A stretch of 27,025 nt of DNA from the NCBI GenBank assembly GCA_045863295.1, contig BTWA01000053.1, positions 1 to 27,025 on the forward strand. The letters run 5' to 3'. The DNA comes from Candidatus Hydrogenedentota bacterium (GTDB lineage Bacteria; Hydrogenedentota; Hydrogenedentia; Hydrogenedentales; SLHB01). Below the pieces are notes generated by a model. It saw nothing but the letters and a program-made list of their open reading frames with translations. It made no database searches and was not told the DNA's origin. Position numbers and translations under genes: made by a program. Shown here one piece after another: positions 9,058 through 17,031 of the stretch; position 1 is the first letter of the stretch; each line of letters begins with the position of its first letter.

Positions 9058-10523
9058 TTGCTCGCCCACCGCTCCATCCGTTGATCCTCGTTTCGCATTC
9101 TCCATCGCAGCAGACGCTGGCAAAAATCCAGAACAACGCCGCTGTACAATGGGTCTCCAGCACGGTTCTCCAGTTCCCGGGGGTCTCGTTCGAGGTCGAA
9201 TAGAATGGACGGCAAATCCTCAACGCCAAATTGCACATACTTGAACCGTTCGTCCCGAATGACCCACAAAAGGCAGGTCTCCGGATCGTCCCGGCCAATG
9301 GCCGCAAAGGCGCGAAAGTCGAATTCAAAGTGAATCTCCGCACGGTGGCGCGCGGTTTCGCCGTACAAGAGGGACTTCAGGCTCTTGCCTTGAAAGCCTT
9401 CGGGAATGGGCAGACCCAGGCAATCCACTATCGTCGGTGCAACGTCTATGGCTTCCACAAGACCGGAGTAGACGCTTCCCCGCGACCCATCGGCCCGGGT
9501 ATCCGGATCGCGCACGATCAAGGGAACGTGCATCCCTCCGTCACAATAGTGGCCTTTGTCCTGGAGATAGTGGTCGCCAAGATATTCGCCGTGGTCGGAC
9601 ATGAAGACGATGATCGTATTGTCCCAGTGCCCTGAACATTTCAATGCTTCGACCAGCCTCCCGACGCATTCATCCACTTCCGAAATCATGCCATAATAAT
9701 TCGCCTGCGTTTCCTGAAGATCTCGACATTCAGAGAGAAGCGGATTGGGCCGGACTCGCCGCATATAGGGGTGAGGATCCCGCAGTTCCGCTTCGCACCG
9801 TGCGGGCGCGGGCATGGCTTGAGGTTCGTATAGGGCATGGTACGGCGCAGCACAGATACGTGGAGGATGCGGCTTAATCAAGTTCAGGTTGAGAAACCAA
9901 CCGGGCTGCTTCGCATCGGCAATCCACTCGATTGCCCGGCCCGTGAGATAGCCGCACGTGCTGTCTTCGGATCGATAGTGTGCGGGGTATCGCAACGGCA
10001 GATGGCCGTTCAAACCGGTATCCGGCACGTCATACTCGGTACTGATACAGGGACCGCACAACGCATCCGGATACCCTTTTTGGCGCAGATACTCGAAGTA
10101 AGCGGGAGAGTGGTATTCGAAGTATTCCCCCACATCAAATCCGGGCAGTGCATTATCGTAGGCCAGAGAGGTGCGACGAGGATCGTCATCGGGGAGAATT
10201 CGCGGGTCCACCGTGTAATCGTTGTACCCAAAGAGAACAGGGCGATACGATGCTCGCCGGACGTGCATGGCAATGTTTTCATGCGCATCCGCCAACGGCG
10301 TGAAATTTCGGACCGCGCGTGTGGAACAGAGATACCGGCTGGTGTACATGGACATGCGGCTGGGACCGCATGGCGCTGTCTGGACAAAGCAGTTTTTGAA
10401 GAACACGCCGTCCCGTGCGAGCGCGTCGAGATTCGGCGTATGAATTAGGGAATTGCCCGCCACGCCAAGGCAGTCGCCCCGAAACTGATCGGAAATGATC
10501 CAGAGGACGTTTCTAGAAGTCAT
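9048..10523 (-). CDS. Sulfatase-family hydrolase, phosphonate monoester hydrolase/phosphodiesterase-like
   Basis: NVLWIISDQFRGD, TPNLD, formylglycine motif CGPSR, RAVRNFTPL, KPHPP, SDHGEYLGDH, DERFKYVQF and LFDL..DP.E resemble PMH/PehA. Confidence 0.8.
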   Translation of the reverse strand: MTSRNVLWIISDQFRGDCLGVAGNSLIHTPNLDALARDGVFFKNCFVQTAPCGPSRMSMYTSRYLCSTRAVRNFTPLADAHENIAMHVRRASYRPVLFGYNDYTVDPRILPDDDPRRTSLAYDNALPGFDVGEYFEYHSPAYFEYLRQKGYPDALCGPCISTEYDVPDTGLNGHLPLRYPAHYRSEDSTCGYLTGRAIEWIADAKQPGWFLNLNLIKPHPPRICAAPYHALYEPQAMPAPARCEAELRDPHPYMRRVRPNPLLSECRDLQETQANYYGMISEVDECVGRLVEALKCSGHWDNTIIVFMSDHGEYLGDHYLQDKGHYCDGGMHVPLIVRDPDTRADGSRGSVYSGLVEAIDVAPTIVDCLGLPIPEGFQGKSLKSLLYGETARHRAEIHFEFDFRAFAAIGRDDPETCLLWVIRDERFKYVQFGVEDLPSILFDLERDPRELENRAGDPLYSGVVLDFCQRLLRWRMRNEDQRMERWASNYR

Positions 10524-10555
10524 GGGGGCCTTTCATTCCAAGCACTCACTGGGGT

Positions 10556-11305
10556 TTAAACGTATCTCATCTTGCGATGAAGCACAATCAAAATGGCTAT
10601 TACAAACACGCCTCCCGCCACCAGCGCTTCAGGCACGAACCGCAAGATGGGCTCAATGTCCTCAATACTCTGAAGCGGCCGGCCCCTCCGTTCTGCTCGC
10701 AACAACATGGTCTGTGTCACCCAATCGTCCCACTTGTTCCACAGGAGGCAAACATAGCCAATCCACACGGTCATCCAGACGATGGCAAGCCGTGTTCCGC
10801 GTTTTCTGAGTTTGAACAGGTGGTACGCGATCAAGAAATACAGAAGACCGACGCACACATTCACGAAAGGCGTCATCGCATCCCAGAGCGGAAGTGCGGG
10901 ATTGCCCAAGGTCCAACGATAGACAGCCTTTGACCCATCAAGGAATAGCAGGAACGCGACCAACATGGAGAACCATGATTCGTTTACCTTAATTTTGGGA
11001 TCGACTATGAGCGCGATTTCCGGGTTTTGCGATTCACTGCCTTGAGACAACGCTACCCGGTAGATACTCAGGAATGCGAATCCAATCGAAAAAGAGTAAC
11101 CGTAAGCGAACATCTCAACGAGAATGAAAACCGGAATCTTTGTAACACCCGGCAGCGCAAACTCGTACCACTTGAGCAATCCATAAAGCACGACGCCCCA
11201 AATGGAACTGAAGAACAGATAATCCAAATAAATGGCGAGAAGACGGCGTTTCCTCGACGCCAGGTATACCTTCTTTTCCGGGAGCTCCAACGATTCAGTC
11301 ACCAT
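10556..11305 (-). CDS. Integral membrane protein with RDD-like N-terminus
   Basis: ASRKRRLLAIYLDYL followed by about 6-7 hydrophobic segments; ATG 11305 overlaps the stop of the radical SAM gene. The longer ORF to 11950 is a shadow extension. Confidence 0.6.
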   Translation of the reverse strand: MVTESLELPEKKVYLASRKRRLLAIYLDYLFFSSIWGVVLYGLLKWYEFALPGVTKIPVFILVEMFAYGYSFSIGFAFLSIYRVALSQGSESQNPEIALIVDPKIKVNESWFSMLVAFLLFLDGSKAVYRWTLGNPALPLWDAMTPFVNVCVGLLYFLIAYHLFKLRKRGTRLAIVWMTVWIGYVCLLWNKWDDWVTQTMLLRAERRGRPLQSIEDIEPILRFVPEALVAGGVFVIAILIVLHRKMRYV

Positions 11306-12411
11306 GCGCTCCGGGGTATACCACTCCCCGCGCTTCGGCACGGCGGTGAAGATTCCCATACACCCGGCACTGCACGTTTGCACGAGGGACATTGGCTTCC
11401 CTTCATATGATTCTGCAGAACATAGAAGCCGCGCCGCTCGACCAACAACGCGCCACAGGAGGAACAAAAGGTGTGTTCCCGATCCCCCACTTTTCCTGGA
11501 AGATTGCCGGGATACACGAACTGAAGTCCAGACGATTTGCCGATATCGTAGGCTGCCAATAATTGGTTCACGGTGGTTCGCGGCGGATCGGTCATCTTGT
11601 AATCGGGATGAAATGCCGTAATGTGCCACGGAATCTCGGAAGACACTCCGGCGATAAACCGGGCCATGTCGGTCAATTCCGAGGGATCGTCGTTGAACCC
11701 AGGCACAAGCAAAGTGACAATCTCTATCCAGAATCCCATGGATTTGATGCGGGAAATGGAATCCAGCACGTTCTGGAGCACGCCGCCGAGTTGCCGGTAA
11801 TTTCTGTCGTCGAATCCTTTTAAGTCGACCTTGTACAAATCGACATACGGCCGTAGGAATTCCAGTACCTCCTGCGTTGCATTGCCATTGCTCACATATC
11901 CGCAGGTCATTCCCGCGTCTCGCGCCTTGGCAAATACCTGCACCGCCCAATCGGATGTGATAAGGGGTTCGTTGTACGTGCTCACCACAACCGGGGTGTT
12001 GTGTTTCAACCCAATCCGCACGAGTTCGCCTGCATCCACGAGATTGGGATTGGCCACCGCTTTCTCATCGCGCAATGCCTGGCTGGTCACCCAGTTCTGA
12101 CAATATCCACAATGGAAATCGCAGCCCAACATGCCGAAGGAAAGAGCGTCCCGCCCTGGAAAAGCATGAAAGAACGGCTTCTTTTCAATGGGATCCACTT
12201 GGAGACCCGCGACGTAGCCCCCGGGAACACGTAGTTCGCCGCCCTGGTTGAATCGAACTTTGCAGATTCCCGCCTTGCCTTCACGAATCAGGCAGCGGTG
12301 CCCACAAGCCAAACAACGAATAGCCTGGCCGGTTTCGTGCCGGATCAATTCCGGTGAGGCGGAAATCGTATGTTCCGCAAGCAGGTCTCTCAATGGCAGT
12401 TGGGTTGTCAT
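11299..12411 (-). CDS. amrS: AmmeMemoRadiSam system radical SAM enzyme
   Basis: CLACGHRC..G.C.VR, DPIEKKPFFH, CDFHCGYCQNW, STYNEP, PWHITAFHPDYKM and C-terminal CxxC...CxxC. Confidence 0.85.
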   Translation of the reverse strand: MTTQLPLRDLLAEHTISASPELIRHETGQAIRCLACGHRCLIREGKAGICKVRFNQGGELRVPGGYVAGLQVDPIEKKPFFHAFPGRDALSFGMLGCDFHCGYCQNWVTSQALRDEKAVANPNLVDAGELVRIGLKHNTPVVVSTYNEPLITSDWAVQVFAKARDAGMTCGYVSNGNATQEVLEFLRPYVDLYKVDLKGFDDRNYRQLGGVLQNVLDSISRIKSMGFWIEIVTLLVPGFNDDPSELTDMARFIAGVSSEIPWHITAFHPDYKMTDPPRTTVNQLLAAYDIGKSSGLQFVYPGNLPGKVGDREHTFCSSCGALLVERRGFYVLQNHMKGSQCPSCKRAVPGVWESSPPCRSAGSGIPRSAW

Positions 12412-12438
12412 GCCTGAAAACCCTCCTGGCGCCCCGGA

Positions 12439-12783
12439 CTACTTGTCGCCGGTTCCGGGTGCGGGATCGAACAAATCACGCTTGGCCGCGAGCGTTTTGA
12501 ATTCGTCCGCAGTCTCCATGGGATGCTTTATGTAGGTAAGCATCGGCCATTGTTTGCAGTAGGTGGCGTTAATCTTTTTGTACTCTTGCCACTTCTCCGG
12601 AAGTTCTTCTTCGGGAAAGATCGCATGTACAGGACATTTGTCCACACACGCGCCGCAATCAATACAGACCACCGGGTCGATGACGACCATGTTTGCACCT
12701 TCATGAAAGCACATAACGGGGCAAATGAGCACGCAGTCCGTGTACTTGCACTTGATGCAGGGCTCCGCGACGATGTAAGCCAT
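12439..12783 (-). CDS. fdxA: 7Fe ([3Fe-4S][4Fe-4S]) ferredoxin, FdxA type
   Basis: [18 protein letters not shown]...[12 protein letters not shown], like Azotobacter ferredoxin I. Confidence 0.85.
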   Translation of the reverse strand: MAYIVAEPCIKCKYTDCVLICPVMCFHEGANMVVIDPVVCIDCGACVDKCPVHAIFPEEELPEKWQEYKKINATYCKQWPMLTYIKHPMETADEFKTLAAKRDLFDPAPGTGDK

Positions 12784-12811
12784 TACTTACACCCCAAGTA
12801 TACCATCCCCG

Positions 12812-13108
12812 TCAATCCGGCATCTCAATGTGTACTGCGTCGTCTTCCACTTTGACCTTGTAACGGCTGATGCCGTCGCCGTTGCCTTCCGAGGGATCCA
12901 GACCAAAAGACCATCCGTGCCAGGGGCACGTCACTTCGTTGTCGTCAATGAATCCGTCGGCCAAAGGACCGCCGGCATGTGGGCAGGTATTGGAAATGGC
13001 GAAGAACGTTCCACCAACATTAAAGACGGCGACGCACTCAGCGGCACATTCAATGGCCTTGCCTTCACCCTCGGGAATTTCATTGCAGTTGGCAACCTTG
13101 ACCCACAT
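12812..13108 (-). CDS. Rieske [2Fe-2S] ferredoxin
   Basis: CPHAGG...CPWHGW Rieske motif; GGAG SD upstream. Confidence 0.88.
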   Translation of the reverse strand: MWVKVANCNEIPEGEGKAIECAAECVAVFNVGGTFFAISNTCPHAGGPLADGFIDDNEVTCPWHGWSFGLDPSEGNGDGISRYKVKVEDDAVHIEMPD

Positions 13109-13259
13109 CGTTCATCTCCATGGTGTTTACTTCGAGTCCACATCCGAGCCGGGGGATACCGGCGCGGGAAGTGTAGACATGCACGGTTTGCGGGGTCAAG
13201 CCTAGGCGAGGAACAGGCCGGCCATAGAAGAAGGTGAAAGAATGGTTTGTAATGTCAAT

Positions 13260-13904
13260 TTAGTACCAGGTTCTTTTCGCATTAATGCGGACCTTGAAAC
13301 GCATCTCTCCAGTCAATCCAAGGGTTGCCTTTTGTCTTGCTTCCAAATTGTAGTCGTTGCACGAAAAAACCAACTCCCCTTGTGCCACCAGATTGGTCCC
13401 GTTGATCTGAACCTCCGCTGGAAACGTGACTTTCCTGGAAACGCCATGCAAGGTAAGCATCCCGGAAATTAGGTAGACTTCGTCCAAATCAATAATCCGG
13501 GTAGACGCAAATGTCACTACAGGGTACTTGTCCACGTCGAGAAAGGCCGGGCTTTTCATGGCATTCGTCGTGCCCACGGCATCGGAATACAAGGATCCTA
13601 GGTCCATTCGTATGGCAATAGCCGCTTGCGCCGGATCGTCGCGGGGCACCTCTATAGACCCGGCAATGGTGTCAAACCCACCTTCCCACCGGTCGCCCGC
13701 CTTGGTTTGAGCGGTCCACGTGATATTTGATTGCGGCTCCAGCATGTACGATTGAGGTCCGGCCTTAAGGGGTGGCAATGAAGCGAACGGGTCGGAATCG
13801 TCGCGCTCTGCCATCACTTTCCGCGATCCGGGCTCAGCACACGAAGCCACCAAAAGTCCGAATAGTAGCAATACGGACACTGCCTGCAAACCCACATGAC
13901 GCAT
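13260..13904 (-). CDS. YceI family lipoprotein
   Basis: Lipobox-like LLVASC; MKSPAFLDVDKYPVVTFAS and GMLTLHGVSR motifs. Confidence 0.75.
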   Translation of the reverse strand: MRHVGLQAVSVLLLFGLLVASCAEPGSRKVMAERDDSDPFASLPPLKAGPQSYMLEPQSNITWTAQTKAGDRWEGGFDTIAGSIEVPRDDPAQAAIAIRMDLGSLYSDAVGTTNAMKSPAFLDVDKYPVVTFASTRIIDLDEVYLISGMLTLHGVSRKVTFPAEVQINGTNLVAQGELVFSCNDYNLEARQKATLGLTGEMRFKVRINAKRTWY

Positions 13905-14087
13905 AGCAGATTTCTCCGATAGATGGAATTGTGTGTAGATATCACTTTGGTGGAACTGTCACTGAATTGAACACATGAATGGTGCGGGCGGTTCCCGTTA
14001 GACGCAGAGACCCGTGCAATTCGACTTGGCAATGTGAAAAAAATGCGGTCTGTGTTTAAGTGGTAATCCGGTCAAACGATTCCGTCT

Positions 14088-14127
14088 AAATGAAATCGGC
14101 CCCGGCCATCGTCAGACGACCGGGGCC
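14088..14127 (-). terminator. Probable intrinsic terminator after the upstream yceI gene
   Basis: GGCCCCGG...CCGGGGCC stem (14098-14127) followed on the minus strand by GATTTCATTT. Confidence 0.55.
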
Positions 14128-14149
14128 TCGGAATGGTTGTTGGAATGTG

Positions 14150-14825
14150 TTACGACTTGGTTGCGGTTATGTCGAATTTGATGACCACTTCATCGCGAAT
14201 TAAGTCGTCAGCCTTGCCTGCATAATTAATGTTGAAGTCTTTCCGGTTAATGACGAATTCCGCGTTCGCCTTTAGCGTGTCCCCTTCCATTGCCAAGGAA
14301 GCCGGAAAAATGATTCCCTTGGTAACGCCGCGAAGGGTCAAATTGCCGCTGACATCGTAGCCCGTCGCTGTCTTGGCCAGACTGGTGGATTCGAACGTTG
14401 CGGTCGGGAATGAAGGCGCGTCAAAGAAATCAGGGCTTTTGAGATGCTCCGTCAACTTGTCGTTGTCGGAATACATGCTGTTTACGTCCATGTCAATCTT
14501 GATTGCGGCTTGGGTAAGGTCGTCTGCGGGAAGTGTCACCTGGCCGGAGAACGTGTTGAACCCCCCATCGTGGCTTCCGGTTACCTTCGACCCGGTCCAC
14601 ATAAGCTTAGAACCGCTTGCAATGGTATACACGGAGCCGTTCGCTGCTTGAGCCGGCGTTTCGATTGGCGTAATTTCCTTCTCAATGGGCGCGCTGGTTT
14701 CCGCCACGGGCTTGTTATCGGCCGGGTTCGCGCATGAATTGGCCAATACAACCAACGACAGTGCGCCGACTGTGCAAGTCAGCAACCGCCGGACGACTTT
14801 ACAACGAGTGGGTATCAAGTACATG
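14150..14825 (-). CDS. YceI family lipoprotein
   Basis: Lipobox-like LANSC; WTGSKVTGSHDG, HLKSPDFFD, GNLTLRGVTK and INRKDF motifs. Start approximate (MYLIP...). Confidence 0.85.
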
Positions 14826-15131
14826 GCAGGTATCTCCTTGGCGGTTTGGATTGAGATCGGCGGACTAACTGCGGTCCTATGCAACCGTCCGCGATCCTAA
14901 GGACAATTCGGGCATTGCGTAAACCGCCGACTTGCGACCAATATTCCAAGTAACCGGGCTGCATGCGCCGCCCGGTTCGTCTCCGGCAACTGTTAACCAG
15001 TGGGATTTCCCCTGTTTCATCGTGGGAACTGGAATCACCGTGCCGGTTTATGATGTTATAGCTTACTGTAAGCACCTGCTGGGTGCCGCCACCGCGGAAT
15101 ATCCTGTTGACCGAAAAAAGGAGAGAGAGCC

Positions 15132-15740
15132 ATGCCTTATTCCCTACCGCCGCTTCCCTACGCGCAAAACGCGTTGGAGCCGCATATTGACGCGAAGACG
15201 ATGGAAATCCACCACACCAAGCACCATCAGGCCTATATCAACAACGCCAACGGACTGCTGGAAGGCACGGGGTATGAAGATAAGCCCGTGGAAGAGTTGC
15301 TCAAGAACATTCAGTCGATTCCCGAGGACAAGCGCCAGGGCCTGATCAACAATGCCGGCGGCCATGCCAACCACTCGTTGTTCTGGCAGATTATGGGACC
15401 CAACGCAGGCGGCGAACCCGTCGGCAAACTCGGCGAGGCCATTACCACGGAGTTGGGCGGTTTCGCGGCCTTCAAGGAAAGTTTTGCCAAAGCCGGTGCG
15501 ACCCGTTTCGGCAGTGGCTGGGCTTGGCTCGCGGTCGATAGCAACAAGAAGCTCAAGGTGTTGAGCACCGCAAACCAGGACTCGCCCATAATGCAAGGGC
15601 TCAAGCCCGTACTCGGCCTCGACGTGTGGGAACACGCGTATTACTTGAACTATCAAAACCGCCGTCCCGACTACATCACGGCCTTCTGGAACGTGGTGAA
15701 CTGGGAAAAGGCGAACGAGTTCTACGAAGCCGCCCTGTAA
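15132..15740 (+). CDS. sodA: Superoxide dismutase, Mn-type signature
   Basis: [31 protein letters not shown] and [16 protein letters not shown]. Confidence 0.95.
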   Translation: MPYSLPPLPYAQNALEPHIDAKTMEIHHTKHHQAYINNANGLLEGTGYEDKPVEELLKNIQSIPEDKRQGLINNAGGHANHSLFWQIMGPNAGGEPVGKLGEAITTELGGFAAFKESFAKAGATRFGSGWAWLAVDSNKKLKVLSTANQDSPIMQGLKPVLGLDVWEHAYYLNYQNRRPDYITAFWNVVNWEKANEFYEAAL

Positions 15741-15768
15741 TTCGCGAACGGGTTATGAATTCCTGTAT

Positions 15769-15808
15769 GGGCGCCCCGTCTTGACCGTGCGGGGCGCCCT
15801 TTCTATTT
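15769..15808 (+). terminator. Rho-independent terminator of sodA
   Basis: GGGCGCCCCG (15769-78) / CGGGGCGCCC (15790-99) followed by TTTCTATTT. Confidence 0.8.
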
Positions 15809-15837
15809 GCCGGGTTGCGGCCTGACTCAAACGAGTC

Positions 15838-16371
15838 TCAGGCAGTAAACCGGACGGCATAGTACAACGCCAGGTACACTTTGAGATCGACTTGCGCCCC
15901 CTCTTGGCGTTTCTGGTCCAGCCAATGCTCGGCCTCGCCGATGGGCACGTCAAACACCGCGATATCTTCATTGTGCACGCCGCCGCCTTCGGCCACTCGG
16001 GTAAGGCCGGAGGCGATGTAGACCGTTATCTGTTCCGTGCTCATGCCCGCGGACGATGGGCCTTCCGTCACAAGTAGCCAGTCGGAAGCGGTATATCCAG
16101 TCTCTTCCAGCAACTCGCGTCGTGCCGCGTCAAGCATGGGCTCGTGCTCACTGCCGGTGTCATCCCCGACAAGCCCCGCTGGAATCTCGATGACGTTCGC
16201 CTGTACGGCGGGCCGATGCTGCTCGATAAGAATTACGCTGCCATGATCGGTCAATGGAACAATCGCGACAACACCGCTACCTTTCTTTCTCTCGCAATGT
16301 TCCCAACCATCGTTATCGACGAGGCGCAAAAAACGGCCTTCCCCAAGTACACGGGACTCACCATCGGTCAT
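15838..16371 (-). CDS. NUDIX hydrolase (ADP-ribose pyrophosphatase-like)
   Basis: EIPAGLVG...AARRELLEETGY Nudix box; AAGGAG SD. Confidence 0.88.
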   Translation of the reverse strand: MTDGESRVLGEGRFLRLVDNDGWEHCERKKGSGVVAIVPLTDHGSVILIEQHRPAVQANVIEIPAGLVGDDTGSEHEPMLDAARRELLEETGYTASDWLLVTEGPSSAGMSTEQITVYIASGLTRVAEGGGVHNEDIAVFDVPIGEAEHWLDQKRQEGAQVDLKVYLALYYAVRFTA

Positions 16372-16401
16372 TTAACACTCCTTGGCTATGACTTGCGGCC
16401 A

Positions 16402-16761
16402 TCAGGATTGGCCGGGTAATCCGGACAGTTCAAAGACCGGCCTGATTTCGACTGTACCCTTTAGGGCGCCCGGTATCCGGGCTGCGATTTCGACGGCCTC
16501 GTCGAGATGGGCTACGTCGACGAGATAATATCCGCCCAATTGTTCGGCTGTTTCGGCGAACGGGCCGTCAACGACGATTCGCTTGCCGTCGCGGATACGA
16601 ATGCTCGTTGCCGTCGTGACGGAGTGCAGCGGAGACGCGCCCAGGAATTGTCCTTTTTGGTGCAATTCTTGACAAAGCCTGGTGGATTCGCCCATGCACT
16701 CCATACGTTCCGCGTCCGTCCAGGCGGATTCAGCGCCGTATACCAGCAACATGTATTTCAT
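16402..16761 (-). CDS. YciI family (DGPF-domain) protein
   Basis: MKYMLLVY, DGPFAETAEQLGGYY and VEIRPV motifs; GAGG SD before ATG 16761. Confidence 0.88.
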   Translation of the reverse strand: MKYMLLVYGAESAWTDAERMECMGESTRLCQELHQKGQFLGASPLHSVTTATSIRIRDGKRIVVDGPFAETAEQLGGYYLVDVAHLDEAVEIAARIPGALKGTVEIRPVFELSGLPGQS

Positions 16762-16835
16762 CTCAACGTCCTCTAGTTGCATCAATGGTCCATTGCGTAT
16801 GCCGAACACGAATTACCGGATTGCAGGAACTTGAT

Positions 16836-16864
16836 TTGGCCTTGCAACGGCAAATTGATACTCT
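16836..16864 (+). promoter_or_regulatory. Putative promoter of the retron ncRNA-RT transcript
   Basis: TTGGCC (16836-41), 17-bp spacer, TACTCT (16859-64) with extended -10 TG at 16856-57; predicted start near 16871, just before the first arm of the inverted repeat. Confidence 0.5.
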
Positions 16865-16872
16865 GAATGTAA

Positions 16873-16975
16873 CTTGCCTTGGCGGCGCGTTCAATTGCGC
16901 GGGCCGGCGTTTCGCCGGCCGGGTCCCATGGGCCTGTTTGAGAATCACCAGTACTCTACAGAGTAGCAAGGCAAG
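16873..16975 (+). ncRNA. Putative retron msr-msd non-coding RNA
   Basis: Perfect inverted repeat CTTGCCTTG (16873-81) / CAAGGCAAG (16967-75) with inner-flanking G16882 and G16966. Internal hairpins: GCGCG-ttcaat-TGCGC, GGCCGGCG-ttt-CGCCGGCC, GGGTCC-cat-GGGCCT and TACTC-taca-GAGTA. Lies 56 nt upstream of a retron-type RT. Confidence 0.72.
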
Positions 16976-17005
16976 GCGGATGCCGGCGCCAAGACCGGCA
17001 TCCGC
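16976..17005 (+). other. Perfect 11-bp hairpin between the ncRNA and the RT ribosome-binding site
   Basis: GCGGATGCCGG-cgccaaga-CCGGCATCCGC with no U-tract. Confidence 0.7.
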
Positions 17006-17031
17006 GATTCAGCCATTACCGAGGGAACGAA

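Noticed and set aside
11306..11950. N-terminal extension of the 464-aa ORF
   Set aside because: It overlaps amrS in another frame; the real membrane protein most likely starts at ATG 11305.
11299..12411. Radical SAM enzyme as anaerobic sulfatase maturase for the nearby sulfatase
   Set aside because: It has AmrS motifs (DPIEKKP, TYNEP) and lacks the SPASM cysteine pattern of anSME.
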